This document shows, piece by piece, positions 49,626-62,745 of a DNA stretch of 64,000 nucleotides; positions within the stretch are counted from its first letter, which is position 1, and each line of letters begins with the position of its first letter. This DNA comes from Octopus sinensis (Eukaryota): assembly GCF_006345805.1 (NCBI RefSeq), contig NC_043018.1, forward strand, positions 22,134,001-22,198,000, written 5' to 3'. The position numbers and the translations under genes were made by a program. Under the pieces are notes generated by a model, which was given only the letters and a program-made list of their open reading frames with translations, had not been told where the DNA came from and ran no database searches.

Positions 49626-50076
49626 GAGCAAAACGTCCCCCGGCCAATGGACGGTGCTGAGTTGTCAATCATTTAATCTAAATTTTCTCAAAACAACTTG
49701 TCCGACCGACCCATAAGCCTCCCTCTCCTTTGAGAAACACTGATATAACCTAAATTTGAGACACCAGCAAAAGAAGAAATAAAGATAGACTTTTTTTTCT
49801 ATTCCAAAGAAAAACGATTTTATTGACACAAATATGCAACCGAAGAGTTTAAAGTACCAGTAAGTACATCGCAACAGCTGATGTACTTGCGCGTACAAAT
49901 GCACGTTCCCACGGCTTTATCAATCGCATTCTCACCAAATCGATTTTTGTAATTTTTTCAAGACTTATACACGCCCTGATATCGTCGGTATCTACATATC
50001 AAATTTGAGCGCAATCGGATGGAGGATGCCCGAGATCCTAGAAGACACACATACAGACAGAACGGATTTTATAATA

Positions 50077-50080
<4 letters not shown>
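49624..50080 (-). mobile_element. Probable degenerate non-autonomous Helitron
   Basis: Minus-strand start in a TA-rich run (TATATTATAAAATCCGTTCTGTCTGT...) resembles invertebrate Helitron 5' ends. The 3' end has CGTCC/GGACG hairpin arms then CTCG|T instead of CTAG|T. Inserted into (TA)n. Confidence 0.4.
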
Positions 50081-50119
<39 letters not shown>

Positions 50120-51171
50120 ATATATGAATATTGTGTTACTGCTTAAAACAAAAGAAACCCAAAGCATTTGAATTAGTGACGCAGTGTTTTAGAGCACCAT
50201 AGATACACTTGAGAATCCGTGAAAGAATGAGAGCTAATGGCTTTACCAAAAACTATAATTCTATATCTGTAATATATTTATAATGATATGTAATTTGTTG
50301 TTATATCTGCGTTGCGCCATAAAAACTTCGGGTGAGTGGCGAGGGTATGGAATCCGCCGAAACTATTGTATATGTAGACAATTGTTACAGATTTTATCAA
50401 CTGAATAGCGAAGACGATGCTGTGAGATTTAAATAATGAATTGGAAAGAGAAACGAAATAACAAAGTATTTAATATTCTACTATGTTATTTCTGACATTC
50501 TCTCACCTTTCCCAAATATGTATGAGACTCGTCGAAGTTATGAATTTAACGAGGAGCTGACAGAAGTGTTAAAGCGCCGCACTAAATGTCACGCAGTTTG
50601 GTTAGTTTCTTTTAAATGAATGTTAAAGTCGAACCAAGTAGGGTGTGTGGTGGTGGTGGTGGTGATGGTAAGGGGTTCAATAAAGTAAGTATCAGTAATG
50701 TTTTAGGGGTAGATGTAGAACCTTTGGAAATTAACTTTAGGACTCAATCAGAAATGATAATTAAATGGTACAGTGGCTGTGTGGTAAGAAACTTGCTTCC
50801 CAACTACGTGTTTCCGGGTTCAATCCCACTGTGTGGCACTCTGGGCAAGTGTCTTCTACTACAGCTCAGCCCTGGGTCGGCCAAAGACTTGCGAGGGGAT
50901 TTGTTAGACGGAAACTGTGAAAAGCCTGTCGTGTATATATATATATATATGTGGGGGGGGGCGTGTTCATACCACCACCGCTTGACAGCTGGTGTTGGTT
51001 TACGTCCCCGTAACTTAGCGATTCGGCAAAAGAGACCTATAGAATAAGTACCAGAGAGAAAAGTGCTGGGGTCCATTCATTTGACTAAAACTCTACAAGG
51101 CAGTGCCCTGGCACGGCCGCAGTCTGATGACTGAATCAAGTAAAAGATAACAATAATAATAATAATAACAA

Positions 51172-51524
51172 TAATAGCACTCAGAGAGTGCAAACCTCCA
51201 CCAAGGCAACACCAATGTCTTCTTAATGATTAGCCGGAGATGATTTTTAAAATGAGAATATCTGAAATAAACTCGACTGCTTTCACAAACGAGAATGCTA
51301 AAAATGAAACCAATTGCTCTCAAAAATTAATAAAAAAAAAACCCAGAAAAATAATCCAGAATCCTTTTCCAAAATCTAATCAGTTCGTGCCAATCATGAG
51401 GTCAAACATGCCTCAAAGTTTCATCCGAATCCATCCAGCAATTCTTGAGATATCTTGTCCGCGGACAAACAAACAAACAAACAAACACAACTGAAAACAA
51501 TACCTCCACTAAGGGGGAGGTAAT
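51172..51524 (-). mobile_element. Helentron-associated non-autonomous element (HINE/DINE-1-like)
   Basis: One end has palindrome ACCTCC-ACTAAGGG-GGAGGT (51502-51521). The other has the related sub-terminal ACCTCCACCAAGG (51194-51206) next to hairpin GCACTC-AGA-GAGTGC (51177-51191). Internal (ACAA)n. This sub-terminal-repeat + palindrome + microsatellite layout is typical of HINEs. Confidence 0.65.
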
Positions 51525-52437
51525 AAAAACCAAAATCGCCACGAAATCTTTTAGCGGAAATTCGTGACTTCTATCTCTCTTTCATTCTTCTCTCGCACGA
51601 AATCACGTTTGTGTATCTACGTAGAAAGACGGAAACACTAACACGTTACATGTATCATATTTCAAACATCAAACAAATACTCATTAATAACAGGCAATAA
51701 GCAAATGGACAGAATTTTATAAAGTCTCAAATTAAAAAACGAATTAAAAGCTGATATAACTTCATAAGGATATTCTTCAGGTAATAGAAATTGTCTAGTG
51801 TAAAAGTTATTACTAAAAACGTATAATTAAGCAGTAGCTAAAATGTGAAATTGCCTGATTGTCAAAATACCTATGTTTTTGTATTTATTTGTTCGTCTGG
51901 TAAACTAACTTCTGTTTCATCTAGAGACATTCGAATAACATTCAGAGTTTCACTTCAACTGTTCCATTAGTTAGTGGTCATGTTAGTAGACAATTCTTGT
52001 CGAATAATACACTGCAATTAACAGAAAGTTCGGAAATAGTTTAAAATACGGTATTGTTGTAGAGATAAAATCGAAACCGCTCCTCAAACAATGGCCTGCC
52101 ATCTGATTCTCTCGCCAATATCCAACACGTCTCCTGTGTTTGCTTATCTGAATCTGCATCTCTATAAATCATTACAGTTCAGCTATATACCACATTACTC
52201 TTATTTTATCGATAATTCTATTTATTTAACTCTTCGTCAAAGCCATTGAACCAGTATGTAGCACAGTGATTAGGATGCTATGCAATTACATGGTTCAGAG
52301 TTCGATACCATTGCGTGACTATAGAGTCACGTGGGCTGATACTTTAGGGGTAGAATGTCATTGATAGAAACTATATATTAAAAAAAGGGTGCAGAACTGG
52401 CAGAATCGTTAACAAGTCGCAAAAAAAAAATGCTTAA

Positions 52438-52800
52438 TAGGCGCAGGAGCGGCTGTGTAGTAAGTAGCTTGTTTACCAGCCTCATGGTTCCGGGTTCAGT
52501 CCCACTGCGTGGCACCTTGGGCAAGTGTCTTCTACTATAACCTCGGGCCGACCAAAGCCTTGTGAGTGGATTTGGTAGAGGGAAACTGAAAGAAGCCCGT
52601 CGTATATATGTGTGTCTGTGTTTGTCCCCCTAGCATTGCTTGACAACCGATGCTGGTGTGTTTATGTCCCACAGTTCGGCAAAAGAGACCGATAGAATAA
52701 GTACTGGGCTTACAAAGAATAAGTCCCGGGGTCGAGTTGCTCGATTAAAAGGCGGTGCTCCAGTATGGCCGCAGTCAAATGACTGAAACAAGCAACAGAG
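52438..52800 (+). mobile_element. B-type SINE nested in an old C-type copy
   Basis: Full head to tail; the C head precedes (52395-52437) and the C body follows (52800-52960). Confidence 0.88.
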
Positions 52801-53399
52801 TAATTGCATTTCTTCCACCTCTTTGAGTTCTTAGTTCAAACCCCAGTGAAGTCAGCTTAGCCGTTTAGCCTTTCAGGATCCGCAAAATAAAATACCGGTG
52901 AAGTATAGAGCCGATGTAATCGACCTGTGCCTCCCCACCAAAGACTGCTGGCCATGAGCCCCGCAAACTGACAGGTGTCCCGTTTAGTAGAATGTTGGGA
53001 TCTCGGTTACCCCGTGGAAACTGGGTTCAATAAAAATAAACTATACCGAGGTGTGTGTGTATGTATGTATATCCAAATTAAAGGAGTGGAGCAGGTAAAA
53101 TCCAGACTACATATGTTTCCTAGTTAGCAGATCCTCTGATGTAATAATTACTCAACGAACGATACTCACCTAGCTACTCCCCAGACCGAAGATACCTTAA
53201 TTATACGAAGGTTACATTGTCGTTAAGGAATCCCAATTTAACTCGCAGGAGAGAGAATTTCAAATTATAATAACATATCTTATCTATCTATTTCTCTTAT
53301 ATATATTATTAATATATATTCTATATGGTTTGGTCAATGATACATTAAGGAGCTGTTTTTATGAGTACTACCGGGTTACTTGGAGCCATATACTCTGAC

Positions 53400-53770
53400 A
53401 AATATGTGTGTATGTATGTGTGTATATATATGTGTGTGCGCATGTGTGTATATATATATATATATATGTGTGCGCGCGTGTATATATATATATGTGTGTG
53501 TGTATATATGTGTGTGTGTATATATATATATATTGTGTATATATATATGTGTGTGTGTATATATATATGTGTGTGTGTATATGTGTGTGTGTATATGTGT
53601 GTATATATATGTGTGTGTGTATATATATGTGTGTATATATATGTGTGTATAAATATGTATATGTGTGTATATGTGTATGTATATATATGTGTATATATGT
53701 GTGTGCGTGTATGTGTGTGTACATTTGTGTGTGTGTGTGTGCGCGTGCATGTGTATACACACAAATGTAC
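53400..53770. repeat. Compound (TG)/(TA) microsatellite
   Basis: Direct reading. Confidence 0.95.
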
Positions 53771-54419
53771 ACACACGCATTCAACAATTTGTCATATCAG
53801 GGATGTATATTAATGGCGTTGCTCTATTTATTATTGTTAAACAATTTCATGATTTCTATTTTAAGCAACTCCACAGGTTTTCGCAAGCAATCAGCAGATA
53901 TCATTTCTGAGCCATCTTCTGGCAGTGGGAGGTTTATCTTTACATAATTTTTAAAAAAAATGAATAAAATAAATAAATAAATAAATAAATAAATAAAAGA
54001 AGCGATTTCTCATTAAACGAAGATAATAAATTTTTTACTGATTTCCTTCCATGCGTTTTGTATTAATTTTGGAGTGAGCATGAATATCAAATGAGTCGAG
54101 GTGAGACTGCGTACACCGTGGTTGAAACATTTTGCCAATTAAAAAAAACAATTTGCTTTTCATTTTGAAAGTTAATTGAACAGTTTTGCTGTGTCTTGAC
54201 AAGGGAGAAATGTCGTATCAATGACATGATATTAATTTTATTTTCTAGATTTGAAATTAGCTTTTCGTTTACAATCACAGAAAACTGATTTAAATATATT
54301 CGTGTGCGTATGTATATCAGCATGTATATTGTATGTGTGTGTGTATGCGTGTGTGTGGGCGGTGTTTATGTATGTACATGATTGACTCACCTGTCGTTAA
54401 AACGACGTTTGAGGTTTCG

Positions 54420-54687
54420 ACAGATTCTTGCCGGAACGACCACACAAATGATTTGTTTATACAGATCAAATGTTTGTGTAGACATAAGATCACTCCCTCG
54501 ATCAGATCGATATCACCTGTACAGGTGCAACTGGGTGCCACACGTATGATGTCAAAATGATCGCATAGCAACGTGGTATAAAGTGCTTTGCTCAAGAACA
54601 CAACACAACACAACGCCCGGTTTGGGAATCGAACCCAGGATTTCGCAATCGTGAGTGCAACACCCCAACCACTTAGCCATGTGCCTT
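54420..54687 (-). mobile_element. D-type tRNA-derived SINE
   Basis: Head GGCACATGGCTAAGTGG..GGTTCGATTCCC, GTGTTCTTGAGCAAAGCACTT middle; homologous to 3940-4200. Confidence 0.75.
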
Positions 54688-54695
54688 AACACACA

Positions 54696-54733
<38 letters not shown>

Positions 54734-55285
54734 TTTATGCCGAATTATTATAAAACCAATTTATCAATAAACTGGGTAAGTACTCAATATTTTTTGGAAG
54801 AATATATATATTTCTTATATGTTTACAAAGAAGCGCGGTGACAGTTTCTTCGTCTGTCAGTCCGACGAAAACTAACAAACCAAAACTTTGAAGTCACTGT
54901 CAACCCTCTTCTTTTAAAAGTGTTTCATGAGCCACAGTTTCCTTTTGGCTGCTTTTTCCGCAGCTGAAGGTGCATCGAAGAATTTCTGCTTGATGTAAGC
55001 ACACAATTATGGTTGTTACTCTTCCTAGGGATAATTTATTGAATTTCACTAAGCAGGGCGTATATCTTTTATATAACCCATGAAAGGTGCCAATTTAAAT
55101 TATATAAAGATTTAATGCTTTAAGATGGAAGCTAAATTAACTTGTTAGTTGTTAAGCTGTATTGATGTAAATAATTGAATTTTTGCTCTAGCTGTTGATT
55201 TTGCTTATGAGGTAAAGTGATTCAATGATTGATCAAAATATCTAATGCTATTTTTCCTTCTCTCTCTCTCTCTGTATATTTTCAG

Positions 55286-57303
55286 ATGCCATTTGGACAA
55301 CGGATCTAGATTTCCTGTTTCATCCAAGAAAGATCTATTCTAACATCCCACGTCCCGAAACAAATTTATCTTCCTTTCCTAACATTACACAATTCGTTGG
55401 CAGTCATGTTCTAATTTTACCAGAACAACCAGTATCACTGAACTTTTGTTACTTCACAACTGCTTTTTTTGCCTTCTCCACCAGATATTCAGCCATTTTC
55501 TGGTACACTAACAAAGTACTTAGTTGCATATTTGCATTACAGCTGTTTTGGCTCACAGTTCACTCTCTCTTTACCTTCTGTGGTATGACTATTCTCTATA
55601 AAGTCGCCTTCAACAGGTGGGCCTATCCTGATATACCACTTTTGCTTCCTTCTCAAGCTGTTTTAGGACTTTATCTTGTCGGGGGATTCTTCTTGATTAT
55701 ATCTACCATTACAATTTTTGAGTATGGCCTTCATTTCTTCGAGGAGAAATTCCGCCTCGTTCTTCAACGACATCACCCTGCCTTTGGAAAAGATTATTTT
55801 CCGATCAATCGCACTACGTGTCAAGGTTACATTCCGCACTCGTGTGCAATGGTCAGTCTAGTATTTCTGGCTCTATGTAAAGGACCCATTATTTATGATT
55901 TAATCAATGTTTACAGATTGACGCATAGTAGGTTCGTGTTGATATGTGCCATCATTGACGTCACGTATATGGTTCTATGGGTGGCCCTTTGGTCGGTGTT
56001 AACTCTGAAACAAAGTTGGCGCTTCAGAATCCTGGACTACGTGTCTGCAGGTCACCCAGTCTTCATGGTTCCGAGTGACCATATTGTACGTAACCCAAGT
56101 TTCGACCAGATTGAGCTAGCTGAGTTACACCGGCGCAAAAGGAGACGGCACCACGGGTCGGTACCTAGCATGTCAACAAACAGTGACTGCTGTGACACCG
56201 ACACAGTTGGTACTATCGAAGAAGAGACGTTATCTCAATTACCGCCCATTGCCGAACATCCTCGAGATGAACAAGAATCGACTCTTCCGAATAGTGTTTT
56301 GGTACGCAAGATGAATAAATCGCGTAAAGCTGGAATGGCACGAGTGACATTTGATGAGTCAGTAAATTCTGTCTCCGAAGACAGAGAAGCACAGAAAAAC
56401 ATAGACATGATCCAAGACGTAGTTAATCGCCTCGAAGCTAATGTTGCTGCCTCGGAAAACGAATCAGGTATAAGAAACCATGGAAGCAATCAGAGTTTGG
56501 GTGAAGGAAGTTCTGCTAGCGACACATCACATAACATTTCTGCTGAGGTACACAGCCCGTCCATGGACTGGAGTCAAATTACAAAAGAATACGAAAAAAC
56601 TTTAGAAACACAAAACTCACCAACATCAGTCATTGAAAACAGAGCTTTGGAGTCAAGAGATGGCAGCTTATCTCATGACTATAAAATGGATTTGCGGAAC
56701 AAATGTGACCAATATTTCAATCGAAATTGTTTAACTCCCCAGTCTGATAGTCATTTGCATGCCGTCCAAGAGGAAGAAAATGTCCACTTAAACGGAATTG
56801 CCAATGACAATCAGCAAAAAGTTGATCGCTCATCAAACAATAAAATGAATAGTGCTAACAACACCAGTAAACGGAACACATCTACTGGTGTGGTTAGCAG
56901 TAATAATAATAATAACAACGAAGTTTATAAGAGCAAGCTTAACGGTGCTGTTGTGCAACCAACCGATAATAGCGCTGCTTCGGTTCGTAAATCGGAAAAG
57001 ATCTCCTTACTGGAGAAGGACAAGAAAAACTTTAGTACATTTAAATATCCTTATTCGACGGAAAAAATTCGACACGCGTCTACATCTCTGGTCAATGATG
57101 TCATGCCTCTTCAGAACGGTCACCTCAACAGACCTGATATCGTGCCAAATGATGCCAACAGTAAGTCCTTACCAAGACAGATTTATTTCGTTGCAAAAAA
57201 CGCTGAAGTCCTTCGTCGTAATTCCGCTAATTCTTGGGTGACGTCCTTGCACGCTACGTCATCATGCCAGTCAGAACATGGTCGGTTGTGTAGCCAAGTA
57301 TGA
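55286..57303 (+). CDS. tinc: Terminal coding exon (~671 codons) of a tincar-like multi-pass transmembrane protein; N-terminal exons not found in window
   Basis: Polypyrimidine tract + TTTCAG acceptor ending at 55285; in-frame TAA upstream at 55243-45. The frame is open from 55288 (xAT|AIWTTDLDFLFHPRK...PVSLNFCYFTTAFFAFSTRYSAIFWYTNKVLSCIFALQL...GMTILYKV) into the 572-aa track ORF and stops at TGA 57301-57303. Five hydrophobic segments, then a long hydrophilic tail ending RRNSANSW...LCSQV. The DAIWxTDLD, RYxxxFWxTNK and terminal SQV motifs match my recollection of arthropod tincar; not verified by search. Confidence 0.8.
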
Positions 57304-57648
57304 GCCGCTACTCATCCAATTATGTCCATCATGGTTCTGCTTTTACCCCCCCCCCTGTGATGTCTACCGAACACTAACCCGCATGTGCCGCTTGCATGCA
57401 TTCTTTAATGTGATTTTCTTTTAATATATTTTTCTCCACATGAAATTTCTGTTTTTTTTAAAAATTAATTAACTAATTAATTAAACCAAAATCCTATTTT
57501 ATGGGAGAAAGGAAAAAAATGTATATAAATGCTGGGTGCTCAGACGAAAGCTAAAACACAAAATTCGAGGGTTGCAAATTAAACTTGGAAATACATCTGT
57601 GTTATATTTACAAACAAGTCTTGTTAATTGGTTATGTTGATAATTAAA

Positions 57649-57654
57649 AATAAA
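57649..57654 (+). promoter_or_regulatory. Candidate polyadenylation signal of the tincar-like transcript
   Basis: AATAAA ~345 nt after the stop codon in an AT-rich 3' UTR; further AATAAA near 57838. Confidence 0.35.
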
Positions 57655-58469
57655 GAATATTTATTAAAAAAAATATTTTCCCATTATTGATTCTTCTTCC
57701 TTTCACCAAGCTTAAACTGCCCCCGAATTTTTGGTTTGGAACCGCTCTTTAGTTCTTCATGTTTTTGCATTATCGCATTCTTGCATGTTTTTTTTTCTTG
57801 TTTGCTCCAGCTTTCCACAATTGGTATATTTGTTACTAATAAAATAAAACTTAACCTGAAATACTGTGACGGGAAATAGTGGCATACATCCACACTCATT
57901 ACAACTGGTTACCCAGAGGCGGCGGCGATCTGGCGAACTGTTAACATGCCGGACAAAATGCTTAGCGGCATTTCGTCCGTCTTTCCGTTCTGAGTCCAAA
58001 TGCTGTCAAAGTCGACTTTGCGTTTCATCCTCTAACAGTTAATGAAATGAAATGAATTACAGTTTAGCATTAGGCTCGATGTAATCCACCTAATCCCTCC
58101 CCCCGAAATTTGCTGGCATTGGGCCTTAAGTAGAAAGGGTTATTGTACGGTGTTGGATTGGCTGAATCGTTAGAGCAGTAACCCTTAAAATATATTACGT
58201 ATCTCAAGGAACCCCCTGCACAATATATATATATATATATGCACTGTATAGGCGTTGGAGTGGCTGTGTGGTAAGTAGCTTGCTTACCAACCACATGGTC
58301 CCGGGTTCATTCCCACTTTGTGGCACATTGGGCAAGTGTACCTCGGACCGACCAAACCTTTGTGAGTGGATTTGGTAGACGGAAACTGAAAGAAGCCCGT
58401 CGTGTATATATATATATATATATATATATATTAATTACAATCATGAAATTAGCATTAGCTTATCTCACT

Positions 58470-58540
58470 CTTTCTCGCGGAACCCCTAGAAACCTTTTGC
58501 GGAACCCTAGGATTATGGGGAACCCCGCTTGAGAAACGCT
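58470..58540 (-). mobile_element. hAT/Charlie-like terminal fragment
   Basis: CAGCGTTTCTCAAGCGGGGTTCC end with repeated GGTTCCGC subterminal motifs; similar termini at 31599 (CAGTGGTTCTCGAACC) and ~63490-63537. Confidence 0.45.
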
Positions 58541-58650
58541 GCGTTAGGGCGTCGGAAAAATACTTTGCAGTATTTCTTCTCGTTCTGAGTTCGAATTGAG
58601 ATGGTTTTTCTTTTGGGTGAAAGAAAATCTGTATAAAAGCTATTTTATAC

Positions 58651-58766
58651 ACTCTCTTTTACTTGTTTCAGTCATTTGACTGCGGCCATGCTGGAGCACA
58701 GCTTTTAGTCGAGCAAATCGATCCCAAGACTTATTCTTTGTAAGCCTAGTACTTATTCTATCGGAA

Positions 58767-58812
<46 letters not shown>

Positions 58813-58920
58813 ACACACACACACATACATACATACATACACATACATACACACACACATACATACACACACACACACATACATACATACATACATACAT
58901 ACATACACACATACACACAT

Positions 58921-58967
<47 letters not shown>

Positions 58968-59106
58968 TACACAGGACAGGCTTCTTTCAGTTTTCGACCC
59001 GAAGTTATAATAGAAGACACTTGCCCAAAGTGCCACGCAGCGGGACTGAACCCGGAACCATACGGTTGGCAAGTAAACTGCTTACTACAGAGCCATGCTT
59101 GCGTCT
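58651..59106 (-). mobile_element. B-type SINE with a greatly expanded internal microsatellite
   Basis: 3' tail at 58651-58765, ~210 bp of (CA)n/(CATA)n, then 5' half 58972-59106. Confidence 0.85.
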
Positions 59107-61456
59107 GCATATAAATATTCATGAAATATCTTCGTTATATGTTTTATACGGGTTTTACTGTTAATTACATTGCGAAAGAAATTAGTTGGACAAAATATCA
59201 AATGGCATTGATATTTCTGGAAAATTCTTCGATAATTGGGAATTAATAAATAATCTGAAATATATTAATCCGTTGGAAAAGAGGTGAGGAATACAATTTT
59301 CTGTGCTAAAGGGGAAAGGCTTGAAGGTTTGGACGAGGGGGTTAACTGATTACATCGATCCCAGTACTTAACTGGTATTCATTATATCGATTTCCAAGAG
59401 GTTGGAAAGCAAAGTCGACCTCTGCGGAATGGACAAGGAATACAATGATATTTGATTTGATGAATAAGGTTTGTTCATTTCTTTTGAATTTATTCTTTAA
59501 ATTGTTGTGTGAACAGTATGTTGTATTATCCATTACCATGAACAGGGTTAACTGTAGAACATGCGCGTGTAGATAAATGCGCATACACACAGACACACAC
59601 CAGATAACCACCATCATCTGCTTAATTTACGCCTACACACAACAAGCGCAAAGCATTCATACATGCTAGCTTTAAATTTGTTGAAGTCATTGGATTGCGG
59701 TCATGCTGGAGCTCCGACTTGACATGTTTAATCGAACAAATCAACCCCTGTACTTATTTTTTTAAAGTGTGGTGCTCATTCTATCGGTACTCTTTTGTCG
59801 ATCCGCTATATGACAGGAACGTAAACAAACGAACAGCGTTTGTAAATCTGTGGTGAGGGAGGGAAATACACACACACATATATATATATATATACATATA
59901 TATATACAGAATGGGCTTCCACACAGTTTTCGTCTCTCAAATTCATTCACAAAATGCCTTGTTCAACCCCAGGGTGGGGGGTCTATATATAAAGATATTC
60001 GCCCAAGGTGCCACAGAGTGTGTGAATGAACCCGAAACCACGTGGTTGCAAAGCGTTCTTCTTGGCCATACAACCAACCCTAACTGCGCCTTTAAGCCAC
60101 ACTAATGTCACGAGAAACCAACACACATGTTGGCCGCAGACATGTTCGCCCCTCGCAAAAACACAGCCGTAGCTTTAACAGAACACGGCTACACAAACAC
60201 ACACACTCTCTCAAGCAAAGTCCTCTAATTAACGTCCTCCAATTAACCTCTTCTATTGTCCTCGTACGTGTGAAACTTCTTACTCTCCCTATAACTAATT
60301 GCCATCTCTAACTTCCGGTCAGTCTTAACATTCGTCAACATACTCTAATATTTCTTTCATCATTAATATTTTTTAATCTTATCCTTGCCGCCATTTTCCT
60401 TTTCATACGAAGCGCACGATACATTAACAATACCTAAATTACCTAATTTTTCTTTCAGCAGTTATACACACACGGACTCACTCTCTCACGTGTCTGTGTG
60501 TCTATGAACATATTACTTTATATTGCATAATTTCTTCATCTTTTGTCCTTTATTTAATTTCTATTACGCTCCGTACTCGACTAACGCTTCTTTTTGAAGA
60601 ATACAAGTATTAAGTTCTAACATCAGATTATGTGCCTGAACGAAATATACAAATATATCTATTATATACATACATAAGAACATGCACATACGTATATAAT
60701 ATATATACGAAACACAAACACACACACACACATATATATATATATCTAATGCATATATAAAATATGAATTAGAGATAAAACCACTATTAGGCAACTCAGA
60801 CATAAATAACAAATAATATAAATATAATTAATATAATATATATAACATATATATATATAAAATTTAAAATTAAATTTTTTTTATTTAAAAATTTTTAATA
60901 ATTTAATTTATTTAAAAAAAAAATTTAACCACAAAGTATTAAAAAATTATAAATATAATATAATAAGTACATACACGCACAATATGCTCATACGTACATA
61001 ATATACATGTGAAACATATATATAACACTAATACACACACACACACATATACATACAGTACACATCTAAGCAAATGAAAATATGCAAATGTAGTCATATA
61101 CATCCATATTAATGCGTATATGTATGCTTATATACATAAGTATAGAAATACATATACACCTATTTATTATGCTATACTCAATAAAAAAGAAATTAACGAA
61201 GGCCACGGCAAGATATAAACTAATAGCAAGTATAGCTATTATTATTGTTATTATTATTATTATTATTATTATCTTGGAAATGCAAGGTTGTAAAATGTGT
61301 GTGAAATTTTAGCTTACTGAGCACATCTGATTTAAGGTGAGAAATATTAGTCTTTGTAATGGTGCCAATTTATACATATTCAATGAAATTATGTATATAT
61401 TATATACATACACATACAACCTACATGCTTTATATATATATATATATATATATATA

Positions 61457-61840
61457 AAGGAGTGGCTGTGTGGTAAGTAGCTTGTCTACTAGCCACATGA
61501 TTCCGGGTTCAGTCCCACTGCGTGGCACCTTGGGCAAGTGTCTTCTACTATAGCCTCGGGCCGACCAATGACTTGTGAGTGGATTTGGTAGACGGAAACT
61601 GAAAGAAGCCCGTCGTATATATGTATACATATATATGCGTGTGTCTGTGTTTGTCCCCCTAGCATTGCTTGACAACCGATGCTGGTGTGTTTATGTCCCC
61701 GTCACTTAGCGGTTCGGCAAAAGAGACCGATAGAATAAATACTGGGCTTACAAAAGAATAAGTCCCGGGGTCGAGTTGCTCGACTAAAGGCGGTGCTCCG
61801 GCATGGCCGCAGTCAAATGACTGAAACAAGTAAAAGAGAG

Positions 61841-61841
<1 letters not shown>
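61457..61841 (+). mobile_element. B-type SINE inserted in (TA)n
   Basis: Near full length; flanked by TA runs on both sides. Confidence 0.9.
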
Positions 61842-61876
<35 letters not shown>

Positions 61877-62224
61877 ATATATATAGGCGCAAGCGTGGCT
61901 GTGTGGTAAAAGCTTTACTTCAAAGCGACACGATTTCGAGTTCAGTTCCATTGCATGGCACCCTGGGTAAGTGTTTTCTATTGTAGCCACGGGCCAACTA
62001 AAGCATGATTTGGTAGATGGAAACTGATAGAATACTAAGGTGTATATAAATATGTGTGTGTGTGTGTGTGTGTGATCCATAACCGCTGTTGATTTGCGTG
62101 CTCCAATCACGTAGCAGTTCGCTAAAAGAGATAGAATAGGTGCGGCGGGGTCGATTTGTTCGACTGAAACCCTTCGAGGCGGCATTTCAATGACCGAAAC
62201 AAAAAGTTAAAAAACAGACAGACA

Positions 62225-62669
62225 AACTGAAAATAACATATATGCAATATATATATATATATATACATACATGTATATATATATATACACATACATGTAT
62301 AAATATATATACATACATGTATAAATATATATACATACATGTATAAATATATATACATACATATATAAATATATATACATATACATATATAAATATATAT
62401 ACATATACATATATAAATATATATACATATATAAATATATACATATATATAATAAATATATATACATATATATAATATACATATACATACACATACATAT
62501 AATATACATATACATACATATAATATACATACATACATATATATACATACATATACTTATACATACATATACATACATATACATACATATACATATATAC
62601 ATACATATACATATATACATACATATACATACATATATATATACATAGATATACATATATATAGAATGC

Positions 62670-62702
<33 letters not shown>

Positions 62703-62745
62703 ATGTATATATATATATATAGAATGTATATAAAATATTCGTAGA
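62225..62745. repeat. Compound (TA)/(CATA) microsatellite
   Basis: Direct reading; recurring ACATGTATAAATATATATACAT subunit. Confidence 0.95.

Noticed and set aside
54964-54994. 31-nt micro-exon (strong CCGCAG acceptor, GTAAGC donor) upstream of the tincar-like exon
   Set aside because: The frame needed to join the phase-1 acceptor at 55286 contains TGA.
56235-57241. Alternative-frame and antisense ORFs inside the tincar-like exon
   Set aside because: Shadows of the main coding frame.
60840-60965. Almost pure A/T stretch
   Set aside because: Low complexity, possibly low-quality sequence; no structure beyond composition.
5219-61892. Recurrent ORFs such as MVVIPAVLFHHNF..., MTTDAGVF..., ...RRHLPKVPRSGTEP..., MRNWYLFNR...
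   Set aside because: Chance frames in A/B/C SINE copies; they recur because the SINE recurs, with inconsistent stops.
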